DNA from: Nageia nagi
Lineage: Eukaryota; Plantae; Pinophyta
Assembly: GCA_050084985.1 (NCBI GenBank)
Contig: JBITNC010000001.1
Coordinates: 186,496,001 to 186,560,000 of the forward strand
Reading direction: 5' to 3'
Length of the DNA: 64,000 nucleotides
Part shown: in pieces, positions 38,760 to 52,180 of the stretch
Layout of the letters: every line of letters starts with the position of its first letter
How positions within the stretch are numbered: the stretch's first letter is position 1
The notes under the pieces: model-generated
What the model saw: the letters and a program-made list of their open reading frames with translations, nothing else
What the model was told of the DNA's origin: nothing
The model's database searches: none
Position numbers and translations under genes: made by a program

Positions 38760-40710
38760 AAATATCCTATCTTGGTCAAGTGTATTTAGGTTATGATACA
38801 CCCTATAATATTGAATGCATGGTAGATGTGCAATTACATATTAGGAAGAATAATTATTAGATAAATGAGGTTGTATATGTGTTATGTTTCATAAAGAATA
38901 TATTTTCTATCAAACACATATTACATAACAACCTAAAGGTAGAGTTTCATATTGTGAATAGTGAAAAATATTATTTCATTTGAGATAAATCTAGATATTA
39001 TCATATTGTATATAAAGCTTTAGGAATTGAGAATATGTTCTTGCTTGATGTTGTAGCTTTAAATAACCAACCATTCACTATTCATGTTACAAATATTACC
39101 ACTCTTTGGTACAAACAATTTGGATACATTAATCCTAATTACCTTTTCACTATATAAAAGAGTAATATGGTACATGGCCTTCAATCTCTACTTCTCCTAC
39201 TAACATTTATTCTACTTATTTAATAGAGAAACAAATTAGAAATCTATTTGATGATATAATACATCATGCTATGATACTTCTTGATATGATTCATTCCAAT
39301 TTGTGTCAACCATAATGGTTAACAACATTGTCCTTACATATTTCATGTTATTTATTGATGATTACTCTAGAAAGATATCAGTCTATTGATTAAATATGAA
39401 GGATGAAATATTTTACTATTTGAAGGAGTTCAAAGCTCATGTAGAGAATGCTACTAGTCAACATATATATATACACTACTCATATCAATGAGAAGAATAT
39501 ATATCAAATGAGTTTTATAAATTCTTGAAATAAAATTGGATTCAACAATAGTTTACCACACCTTATAATAAAATGGAGATTATGAATGATAAAATTAAAC
39601 CATAGTGGAAATGATGATATGTATATTGAAAGATTCAAAGTTGAATATAGCATGTTCGTATGAAGTAAAGAATTATAATATATGTACTAAATAGAGAACC
39701 TACAAAATATTTTGAGGGAATGATTACCTAATAAGCATGAACATGAGTGAAACCATCTATCTATCATCTTTAAATAATTGGTTGTACTATCGAAATGTAT
39801 ATTCCTAAAGAGAAAAGAAATTATTTAGATTAAAATTACATAAATTAAATTCTTATTAGGTAGTGTAGTGAATATAAATGATATAAACTCATGGATCTAA
39901 CTTATTCAAAGATAAAAATAAGCATAGATATTATATTTAGATTGAGATAGGTGATCCTCCAACTACCAAACATATAGTACCATTTGATCCTAATATTGTT
40001 CCTATCATTATTATTGATGATAAGGATAATATGATATAAGTATTTCCACTTGTGATATTACCACGTAAGTCACTTAATAACTCTAGAAGAGATAAATGGT
40101 ATAAAACAAAGTATAAGATTTACATTTAAGTGCTCTACATGACACTTCGACATCTAGATTATGGATACATAATATGAGTCATGAAAGAAACTATAATATC
40201 AATTATGATTAAATTAATTTGGTATACATGATAATAGTAGTGAATACTTATGAACTTGAAATGGGTCTTGAATCCCTTGAGCTTCCAAGTTAGAAATCAA
40301 TCATGGCTACTAAGTACGATGCTTCAATAAATAACGATACATATAAGCTAGTAGATATTACACATGATAAGAAGGTTATTAGATACAAATGGTTACTTAA
40401 AATAAAGTACAAATATGATGGAACACTTGATAAGAAAAAGGTCTAACTAGTTTCTAAGGAATATATCTCATAGAAATGTATAAACAATCAAGAGGTATTC
40501 TCTCATAAATAATATAAATACCTATTGAATTTTTTTTGTAATGGATCAAAAATTTGGTTGAAAAGTATATTATCTAGATGTTAAGAGTGCCTTACTGAAT
40601 GAAAACATAGATGAGGAAGTCTACATGTAGTATTCTAAGGTATTTATTATTGATCTAGATAAAGTAAAGGTATGTAGACTGATAAAAATATATGTATGAT
40701 TTGAAATATG
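38760..40710 (+). mobile_element. Decayed Ty1/copia pol fragment (integrase, RT)
   Basis: VVYVLCFIKNIFSI, LWYKQFGYIN, LDMIHSNLCQP, FIDDYSR, VIRYKWLLKIKYKYDGTLDK and LDVKSALLNENIDEEVYM in copia order. Confidence 0.85.
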
Positions 40711-40799
40711 TAGTGCTTCACCTATTATCAAATTCAAAAATTCTAAAGTTTCATACCTATTTTTTTAATTTAATTGGATCACTCAAATGGCTTAGGAAT

Positions 40800-43700
40800 G
40801 GATAAGATGATTCATTTGAGCATGTCAGCACTACTAGCAAGTCAACACTCACATGGCAAGATTAGTCAAATCTAGATTAACCAACCTTGATTAAAACCTT
40901 TATAGTGTTCACTTCTCAATGTTCACCCCATTAGAAGATGCCACATAGGTGATCCCACCATTTGTTTCCACAAACTATGTAATTGATATTCAGGTCACAA
41001 CATTATGGTTTTCTACTTGGGGCATATATCACCTAAGATAACATGATGTGTAACCCTTTGATTCATAAAAATAGATGCATTTTCCTAGAAAATATTTCAT
41101 GTGAAATAAGCATTATCACCTATGGAATATTCATCATACTCTTCTTTGGTTAACCTTAGGAAGTATGAATACTGGTTACCCTCACCTAGTAATTGTAATT
41201 TTATTGACTACTACCCTCATTTGATAATTTATCAAGAGTATGAGATACTATCCTTCCCATATCTATCATCTAGGCTCAACATGTTATCCATCATCACCAT
41301 GCCCATGGGTGGGTGCAAGAAGTTGGGTCCACTTAAAGGGTAAGTGGGGAAAATTAGAGAAGTTAAAATTCAATGCCAAAAAAATTAGGATCTCGATTTA
41401 GGTTTGGGATTCCAATACATATTGGGATTCTCATATTAAGAACTAAAATACATATATATATAGGGATATTTTTATTTGAATCTCTAATTTAACCTTATAC
41501 ATAGGGTCAAAAAAGGCTTGGTGAGCCAACACTTAGCCTTAGACTGCAAGCATATGTTTATGTTAATGTTAATAGTAAATCTCAATTTTAGGCATACATT
41601 TGATGGAGTTTTTGGTATAATTGTTTTATGAAATTAATACCCACTATATATTAAAGAGTGTATATTTCAAATATGTATTGTTTTTTACAATTGGATAAGA
41701 TTTTATATTTTTTAATTATTTTTTAGTAAAAGTGATCCATATACTTGAAATATGAGAGTCTCGTATTTTCTTAATAAGTTTTTTTGTGAGAGTTATGAAA
41801 AAAACATATATAGGGGCAAGCTTTATAGAATTATCTATAAGAATAAAAAAAATTTGAAACAAAGATTAAGTTTAGATGAAATTATGGTAGACAGACATGA
41901 GCACTTTTTAAAACAACAAACATGTTTCATACAAAATTAATAAAAAAAGTATTGATGAAAAAATATCCAAGAAAGGATCTGATGTGTTAGGTATCTTTTC
42001 GTAAAAGGATTTTAAAAAATACCTTGATTTTAGTCAAATTAGGATGGACAGATACATGCATGGTATGGTCAAAAAATAGTTTTTTTACAAAAGTGGTTTT
42101 TTTTCATCCTATTAAATTTTTAATTTTATGATCTAGGTATTGGAATAAATAATATATTTGAAAACTAGACTCTAAGCATTACATTTTTATCCTAGTGAAC
42201 TTTTTCATGATTTCATATCTAAGTGCTTCAAATTTTGAGATCAATCATACCTAAACATTTTGGCCTTAAAGTGGACACAACTTCTTGCACCCACCCCCAT
42301 ATATTAAGGAGCCATAGATATTATAATAATATCCTCAAGAGGTTTATTTAGTATAATAAATTTTAAAACATGGTTATAAAGTAAAACTCATTCCCACATT
42401 AATATCCCTAGAAATAATTGATCTTGTACCAATTATTAGTCTTCTAGATTTTCTTGCTTGAATCATACAAGTAGTAGGATGTTCTTACAAGCTAATTATT
42501 ATAAAAAAATCACATCTCATAGTATCAATCATGCTTAATAAATAAAGGTAATAATTACATCAAACATGCATAATAATTTTTTAAACAAGATTATTCATGA
42601 AGCCATCAAATAATATACAGTAATACTCCATTTCAATTATCCCATATACATGATAAAGGAATAGTACTCTAAAAATACATCACTTGCTAGAGAATAATAA
42701 CAAGCCTTGAGATGTTTCTAAAGGTAGCTACTCCTAGCAAGGGAGTGTGACATAGAGTTTATCATACTCAAGGAATATATTTTGATTGATACTTTTCTTC
42801 TCATCTAGAAAATTTTTGATAACAATGGGTTTTCTATTTTCTCCTTTTAATATCAAGTCCTAATTATTTGCTAACCAATATGTTTCAACTCTTACTTTGG
42901 TTTGCTAGATTGTTTAATATACATATAAAATTAAATCATTTGATCAGTCCCTTTTATTAATTAGAGGTTACATTCATATTCTCATTATTTCTAGGGTATT
43001 AACCTATTAATTAGTTTTCCTTAAATGTTCATATGTAACGGTTATCCATATCTTAGCATATGATTTATGCTTGAGCTAAGTTCCATCTATTTCAAAGTAT
43101 TACACCAATACCATAGAAAGATAAAGTAGTGTAGAGTATTATCTTTGAACATTTATGTCATTTTGATATATCTTGGAAACTTATTCATTTTCTATGTATT
43201 CATGCATATTACCTCATTTTCATTTTCATAATAAACCATCAAATACTTGACCTCCTAAAGCTTTCCTTTTAAACTCTATCATGGAATTTACTATAACTAG
43301 GAAGAGTCTCTTTCCACATCTAAGGTCAATATATTCATATTCTTCAATATGGTTCTTTAATTCACCATTAGTCTTGTCTTAATTCTATTAATTAGGTTAG
43401 GTAATTTATTACATGACTTAATAAGCCCATTCTAATAGTTAAACATACATTTCATAAACAAAAAAATTGATCACATTTGAGTTCTTGTAAACATGGAATT
43501 TCTTAACTTTCAAGGGCATCATTTATTTCCAACAAAGTTCTTAAATTTATTAAATTCATTTGTAACTCTAATCATTGATGAGATAAATACAAATGCAAAT
43601 TTTTTATTTATCATAAATATCTTACAAATATATCAAGGATACAAATGATAATCTACCTTGATCATATAATTACATTTTCTTATAATTGGATATACATCAA

Positions 43701-44450
43701 AGGGTTTATGTCATTATCTCATGTTCTACAACATACCATAATGATATCAATACAACTAGACTTTTTGTAACCCTAATTAGTTGATAGGTCATGGTATTCA
43801 TCAAAATGTTCTACAAGGCTACATCTATTTATTTTCATGTAAGCTCCTAAATAATTATCATGTGGAGTTACAATTGTAATATCCAAGTACAAGTATATCA
43901 TAAGATATATTCACTTCATCCATATCTACTTGATGCATCTTCTTAACATCTCCATATTTCATGTACATCCCAAGGAACTAATATTTGTTGGATGTAAGTA
44001 CTTGAAAATGTTATAGAGTCATTTGAGGATTAGGATAGCTCTTTTGATGTTAAATTCATCCTACTCCTAGATGCATAACATCTCATTCATTCAATCATTC
44101 AAGAGATCAATAATAAATAATCAATACTATCTTATTTTATCTCAAGAGGTTGTATCCTCTCACTAGATATACCTCCTTTTCTCCATCACAGAGTAAACTT
44201 TCACCATTTAATCTAATTCATATCATCCAAATGATTTCACAATCATATCTCAAAATAGTATTATTAACAAATGTCTAATAAATATTCATTATGAATGATA
44301 AATATATCCCATAAGATCCTCAAATAGTATGATAATGAAATCTCATAAGTTCATTAATTTCCATTAATACCTTTTAGACTCACATTCATCACTTGTCACC
44401 ACCATATCATAGAGGAAATCTTGCACTAAGTATATCTTTTATCATAAAAG
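40800..44450 (-). mobile_element. Highly decayed LINE-like fragment interrupted by a TIR element
   Basis: VRGYN...LCI*E (~WNVRG.N...LCIQE) at ~44070-44162; other motifs faint. Confidence 0.35.
41307..42296 (+). mobile_element. Non-autonomous TIR DNA transposon (990 bp), copy 3, perfect 4-bp TSD CCAT
   Basis: TIRs GGGTGGGTGCAAGAAGTTGGGTCCACTTAAAGG / CCTTAAAGTGGACACAACTTCTTGCACCCACCC. ccat at 41303-06 and 42297-300. Confidence 0.9.
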
Positions 44451-45469
44451 AATTTATTTTTAAAACAATCATAAATTCCATCATTTAAACATTTCATAGG
44501 GTTTTTCAATGATACTTGAGCTATTATGAAGTTCCCAATTCATTATAATGATCAAATAAATTTGTATTCCCCTTTATTACAAAATATTTATTATTTAAAT
44601 AATATTTTTGAAATATAATCAATTATATCCTCAAGGTATAATGACGCTTTGAGAGGGGGCATATATATTTCTTAAATATATTATTATCTTTGCTTAAAAT
44701 TTTAGGACATTTATAGATAGAGTTATTATAGATGCCTAAAAATGAATTATTATTTATTAAATATTTCATTTTATAGCATAAATAAATATTTATTATAAAA
44801 AGGGGTAAAATATACCCAAGGTAATGTAATCAATGTAAAGGACCATTATATGATTTAAAGAGTATCTAATATTAAGAAATACACCACAAGCAATGTAATA
44901 TGCAATGATCCCAAGAATCAAAGAGGATCAAAATATTGCTATAAAAGAATATTAAAGGTAACATAATTGACATCGATAGATACCAAGAGAGAGATACCAA
45001 AACATACAAAATCATTCTATTTGACCAACAATGATGTTTTATAACACCACTCTACATAGATTCATTAAACCCTTCACATTGCTTGTTTGAATCCTTACTT
45101 TTATTCATAGATTTGCTTATTTCATGTAGCTAGTGGTGTGCTTCTAGGCCATTGGTGATGTGTGTTTTCTATGGTGTGTTATGGCAATGTATGTATGATA
45201 TAAATTATCTCAAGTTGATGCAAATATGATGAATGTACATTGATTATCATGTTCATTTGATGTCATATTTTTGATATATACTTCAATATTATATTATAGA
45301 AAAATAGTGCTTTGTTTTCTCACTTGTGCATTATTTTTGGTGTACATACAGGTGAACCCAATTATTTAAATAAATCTTATCCTATTAATAAGATATCATA
45401 AAAATTTTGTAAGGAATATACATCATTAGCGATTCTCATAGATTGTTTCTATGCTATTAGCATCATAAA

Positions 45470-48400
45470 TAATGGAAGAAATTTTAACAAAGGTGTATGG
45501 CTATAAAAATAATTATAAATTATGTGAAGTAGATTGGCCTCAATACAAAACTCTAGTAGTCTCATATCCAACACTAGCTACAAGGGTAACTAATCTTGAG
45601 AATAGCAAAATATCCCAGCAAAGAGAAGAAGACTATGATGGGATATTCAAATGATATCTACAATCATCCCCTACCACTTGAGCATAAGGCCCCCAATTTC
45701 AAGTTGTTTAGTGGTTAAAAAGATCCAAAGTAGCATCTTATCAGCTTTCAGCAAGAGTGCTTGTTAAAATTAGCATTAAAGAAGAGATTAATGGCCAAAT
45801 TTTTCCCAAGGAGTTTAAAAGGTAATGCTAGTCAATGGTTCTAAAATTTTATAGGGGGATCAATTGATTCATTCAATTCATTGGTAAAAGTGTTAATTAG
45901 TCAATACAAGCATAATGTAAAAGAGAAAAGAATTGTTATAGAGTTATGTGAAATATATGCGAAGGAAATAGTGAAACCCTAAAGAAGTATATTCCAAGGT
46001 TCAAAAAGGTATGGAAATCTATTCATAGTAAATTGGATGAAAGTGAATTTTATGTTATATTAAAATATTTTATTTTTCTAATCATTAACTTGCATGCTCC
46101 AAGTAATAAAAAAATATTGGATTTAGGGTATTAGTACAAGAATTTCTCTAAAAAGAGAAAGTTTTGCTTGAGTTAGGAGATATCAAGTATACATATATCC
46201 CTTATACTAAAGAAAATTGAAGAACATATATAAAGAAAGAAGAAAAGATAGTGAATATGGCTGATACACCTACTTCTCCATACAAATTACAAAGATTAGC
46301 TATAACAAGAGAAAGAAGGTATACATTTCTAATTCAAAAAAGGTTTAATATGAGAGATCTAATGAAAAGAGGCTTATTGCAACCAATAGATAAAATAGCA
46401 CAAGATGATAATATTTCTACAGGGAAATTTGATGTTTATTGCACTTATCATCAAATAAAAGACCATGGTACAAATTTTTGCAAAGCATTAGAGGTAGTGA
46501 TTCTAAATCTCATTGCCTAAGGAAGATATGAAATTCATCAAAAAGATTCAAATCCATAGGTAAGAATGAACATAGTTTTAGTTGATGAAGAAGTTTGTAC
46601 TAGCTTATGAAAAGGGTGTGCAAGACATATTCCAAGTCTAGTAACTACTAAATAAGTAAGTGTCCCTCTTGATACAAAAACTTTTAGAATGATTGAGAAA
46701 TTGAAAACTACTATTAATATTATTTTATATGATCTCATATATACATTTGAAATACATAGGGAGGTATTATATGCTTTATTTAAGAAAAAATATTACCTAA
46801 AAATTTTTTTGCCATGGTTTTAGAAAAACTTAGATCTATTAAGGAAATGATGCAATCTCTTTTTATAGATCTGAAAAGCTTAGTAAAGAACTCCTTGCTA
46901 AATGTCTAGCTTTGTATATCACACCTATGATAGCTATATGGGAGATAAAAATAACATTGGTAGATAATGGCTTACTTGTTAATGTATTTTCTCATAAATT
47001 TTGGATACAACTTCAAAAAAAAAGTGTAGAAATACCTCCCTTAGAAGAAGCTACATTAAGAATTAGGGCATATGATAGTTCATCCAAAAACCTAGTTGGG
47101 ATAGCTACAATTTTGGTTATAAAAGGAGTTAGAATAACTAAAACTCAATTTCAAGTTGTGGATTCAAAGTTGTAATATAACCTATTGTTAGGAAGACCTT
47201 GTCTTCATGATATGGAAGCAGTCCCATCTATAGTACATGATAAGTTGAAATTTGAATATCAGTATGATGTCCATATAGTAATAGGTGCTCCAGAATAATA
47301 TGATTTATGTAATACAATAGATTTAGAAGAATTCATAATAACTTATACAAGATATGAAAATTTAGCTTTAGAAATAGGAGAACTAATGGTAAATATAGAA
47401 AAACATCCCTAGATTGTAGGAAAAGGTATGGGAATATATAGAATTGAAAATCTTGATCTATTTACATTCATTAAATATTTGGGATGACCAAAAATTATTA
47501 TTATTTAAGGGTGTTAGTGATGTGCTATACTTTCTAAAGGCCATCATTAGCATAAAAATAGTGGAAATGATGGGGGATCTTGTTCTATAGTGATGGTATC
47601 ACCTAGTCCAAAGATGTCAATGAAGGATCACATGATAAACATAATGGGTAAAACCTTTCCATCTCTTTTTTTTCACAAGTACATGATAGAAAATTGAAAA
47701 TATAAAGGAGGGTGTTTAAGTAAATCAAATCAAATAATGTCTTCTTTTTCAACTACTTTAGGAGCTCAAAAAAATAAGAATGGATTTGGTAGTAATTAGA
47801 ATACAAAATAAACAATGGGACCCATTAAGTTTATAAAAGAATGCAATTTCATTGAACTTTCTAATTATATTGATGAAGATTTATGGATTTATGATACTAT
47901 AACACTTGAGTTTAATTGCTTTAGTACTGATGATGATATTTTAGAGTACTTGGGGGCCCATTAAAAATTGCCTAGATCTAATGAAAAATAAAAAATAAGT
48001 TACATTCTTAATAAGTATACATATTTTATACAAGAAGTGAATTTCAATGAAGTGTTTCAGTTTTAGCAAGGAGATGATGATATAGGTGACATTTAGGGAT
48101 TAGAAGAGTTTCCCTCATTACTATAGAAAAAGGATGAATTAACATTCCCAGGTGAAGAGCTAGTAGATGTCAATCTTGGAACAAGTAATGAGCAAAGGTT
48201 GGTCAAAGTGGGAGCAGCCCTTCCAACACCTCAACAAGAAAGGTACAAAAATAAATTTATTAAAAATTAAAATAATTTTTCTTGGTCTTTTGATGATATG
48301 CTTGGTTTATATCCTTTTTTTGTTATGCATAATTTACCACTTAAAGATGGAGATAAGCCAATTAAATAGAAACTAAGAAAGATGCATCCTTCCAAGGCAT

Positions 48401-51400
48401 TGTTAGTCAAGAAGGAAATAGAGAAATATTTGAATATTAGATTTATTAAACCAATAGATTATTTATAATGGATGGCTAACATCATTCCTATTACAAAACC
48501 TATTAGAGAAATAAGGGCTTGTACTAATTTTCATGATATCAATAATGCTTTTCCAAAAGATGATTTTCTATGTTGCCTAATATTGATATGATTACATGTA
48601 GTATTATTGATCATGATACTTTATCTTTTATGGATGGATTGTTGAGGTATAATCAAATATTAATCAACCTAGATGATCAACATAAGACTAATTTCACCAC
48701 ACCATGGAGAAATTTTTGTTGGAAGGTTATGCCTTTTGGATTGAAAAATGCAAGTGCTAACTCAAAAAGGGTTATGCTGTCAATGTTCTATGAGGACATT
48801 CATAAATTATTAGAGGTATATGCTGATGATATATTGATAAAAGTAAAGCAATTACAAGACCATTTAGAGCTCTTTGAAGAGGTATGTCAAATCCTAAAAT
48901 GGTATAAGCTTAGACTCAAAGATCAAAAGTGTGCTTTTGGTGTTACTTCAAGAAACTTGCTTGGAATCATGGTCTCAAAAAGGGGTATTTAAGTAGATCC
49001 TAAGAAGGTAAAAGCCATAGTAAGCATGCCAACCCCAAGGAACCTCAAACAAATAAGGATTATTAAAGGTAAGATAAATTTGATAAGAATATTCATTTCC
49101 CAACTTGGAGATAAATGTAGACAATTTACTCATTTATTGAAAAAGAATGTCAAGTTTGTATGAGATTAAAAATACCAAAAAGCATTTGAATATATTTAAC
49201 AATACTCACTAAATCCTCATCTCTTAATTCCTATGGATTTTACAAAACTAGCATATCTTTATTTATCAGCTACTTTGTATATCTTGGGGGCAATGTTATA
49301 TCAAAAAGATGATGAGAATAAAGAAAGGGCAATATACTACCTTGGAAAAACCCTTATTGATTATGAAAGTAGATTCACACCTAAGGAAAAGCTTTTATTT
49401 GGTATTATTTATGCTATAGAAATATTGAGGAATTATATTTTATACTACACTACATATGTTGGTAGCCTAGTTAACCCACTGAAATATCTTATTGCAAAAT
49501 AATATTTATCAGGAAGAGTAGATAAGTGGTTAATGTTATTACAAGAATTTGATATCAATGTGGTAAAAAAAAAATCCATGAAAGGAAATGAAATCATAGA
49601 CTTTATAGTATAATTCTTTCAAAATAATGTAAAGTGGTACATGAAGAATTATCATATGAATATGATGAGGATTTACCCAACCAATAGTATGTAGTACAAA
49701 TAGAAGTCTACCAATAATGATATTGATGAAATGATAATCCCATATGAATTTGTGTGCTACATGGAAGATGAACCTAATGAATAAACCCTATATTTTGAAG
49801 GATCTAAGTGTTCTTATGCAATAAGTGGTTAAGACTTTGATTTTGGGATTAAAAGTATCTATAACCTTGAAAATAAAAAAATTGGAGATCTATGGTGATT
49901 CATAGCTTATGGTAAATCAAGTTAATGATACATACAATACAAATGATGAAAATTTAAAGCCATATAATATATTGGTTATTGAGTTGCTTGATGATTTTCA
50001 TAAGTACAACATTTAGAACATTCTAAGGACTGATAATAGATACACAAATGCAATGGAAAATGCAGCTTCATTAGAACCTATTGAAATAGAAGATCAATAA
50101 ATTATCCTCAAGATTTGAAAGCTTGGTGCACCTTCTTACCTTGATCACATATATTAAGTACATACATGTCACCTTTACATAGAAATCAATTATCAAGAAT
50201 GGTATGTTGATATTTATAATTATTTGAAAGATCAAACAATTCCATCTAATTTTGGTAGAAATGAAAAAGTTAGATTAAATTGGATAGTTGTTATGTATGT
50301 GATTATTGGTGAAGTATTATATAGAAATTAATTTTATGGATCTTTTTTAATATGTATAACACAAAATGAAATAGCAAAAACATTAAAAAAGGCACATGAT
50401 GGGTTGTGTGGAGGATATTTTCATGCAAAAGAATTGTACACTAAGATTTTGTGAATTGGGTACTATTGGCCTACAATAGAAGAGGATTATAAGAATCATA
50501 TTAAAATATTTTTAAAGTTTCAAAAAAATTCAAATTTAGATAAAAAACTAACTAAAGATTTGAATTCTATAGTTTCACCTTGGCCATTTGTAACATGGGG
50601 GTTATATTTGATTAGGCTTGTTAACTCATATTCAAGGGAAGGTCACAAATTCATTATCATAGCTATAGAGTTCATTACAAAATGGGTTCAATTCATTACA
50701 ATGAATTCAATAACATAAGAAAATATCATTCCATTCTTGGTAGAGAATATTATAGCTAGGTTTGAGGTGCCACAAAGGTTGATCATAGATAATGGACCAA
50801 ATTTTAAAGGTAAAGACATGAAATCCTTTTGTAAAAAGTTTCACATTGCTCAAACATTTTTCTTAGTCTATTACCCTCAAGGAAATGGTCAAGTAGAAGC
50901 ATCAAATAAGACCATAAAGGTAATATTATCAAAAACTTAGGAAATATACAAGGTAGATTGGCATGAATAGTTACCATATGCATTATGGGCATACAAAATA
51001 AGTATTAGAATAGCCACTGGGAAAACACCATTTTCAATAGTCTATGGAGATTAGGTTGTGGTACCATTAGAGTTGGAGTTACCATCCTTACAAATTTCAT
51101 TACAAGGAGAAATATCAAATGAGGAAGTAAGGAAAGCTAGATTACAATAGTTGGAATCACTTGATGAGAAGAGAATCAAGGTAATTGAACACTAGAAGGC
51201 ATATCATGTAAAATTTAAAATGGCATTTGGAAAGAAGATAAAACCAAATGAATTCAATGTGGGAGAATTGATACTAAAAGAAAATATTAACAACATAGCT
51301 GAAAATGATGAAGTAAAAGGGAAATTTGAACTAAACTAGCTGGGCCCATTTGTTGCAATTGAAGTAACAATATCAGGAACTTACAAGTTATCATCCATGG

Positions 51401-51460
51401 ATGGCAAAGAAAAACCAAAAACCTTTAATTATATGTACATTTAATTCTTATTTGCATAAT
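45470..51460 (+). mobile_element. Decayed Tat/Ogre-type Ty3/gypsy gag-pol (GAG-PR-RT-RH-aRH-INT)
   Basis: FPRSLKGNASQWF (gag), LVDNG...NLLLGRP (PR), WKVMPFGLKNA / VYADD (RT), ERAIYYLGK (RH), LYFEGS...IYGDS*LMVNQV (aRH, ~49790-49925), IIDNGPNF / PQGNGQVEASNK (INT). Confidence 0.9.
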
Positions 51461-51659
51461 ATAATGGCTCCATACCTTATAGAATAATAAATTTTTTACA
51501 CAAGGTACATGTATTTTATTATTCATTTTCATTTCTTTAATTACTTTCATTATTTTCATGTAGCTTACAACATGTATTTACTATTTGCATGCCACCAACT
51601 ATATAAATAAAAAAAAAATTGATGATAGTATAATTTCTATGGACCATTGATAAATAAAC

Positions 51660-52180
51660 ATTATGTCACTAATGGCCATCGATATGGCTAATGAGATTTC
51701 ATTCACTTAAAAGTCAAATTAGTGATGTAGTCATAAAAAGATGTGGACATTGATTTATCCTCAATGGATGATACAACTTGCTATGTATCCATATGATTTT
51801 TCTTTGAAACATATAAAGCATAATGTCTCAGGGTCATAGACATAAAGTGTATGACCATTGATGCTTATTGATATGGCTAGTAAGAGTTCACACATTTAAA
51901 AGATAAACTAGCGATGCAAGCATAAATGAGATGTGGATATTGATTCATCCTCAATGAATGATACAACTTCTTATGTATCCACAAGTTTTTTTCTCATAAC
52001 AATACAAAGCATAATTTTTTAGGGTAATATACATAAAATGTATGACCATATATAGTCAACGATACAACTAGTGAAAATTAACTCACTTAAAAGTTAAACT
52101 AGAGATGCAATCATAAGTAGATTATTGATATTGAATCATAACGAATGGATGAAGCAACTCACTGTGTATCTAAAATATTT
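51660..52180 (+). repeat. ~190-bp tandem repeat (~2.7 units) in the 3' region of the Ogre-like element
   Basis: gatatggcta.tgaga variants at 51681, 51870 and 52061. Confidence 0.85.

Noticed and set aside
44651-45345. Possible PPT-LTR-PBS, also at ~52956-53850
   Set aside because: The two candidate LTRs do not visibly match each other and termini are unclear, so no LTR pair can be supported.
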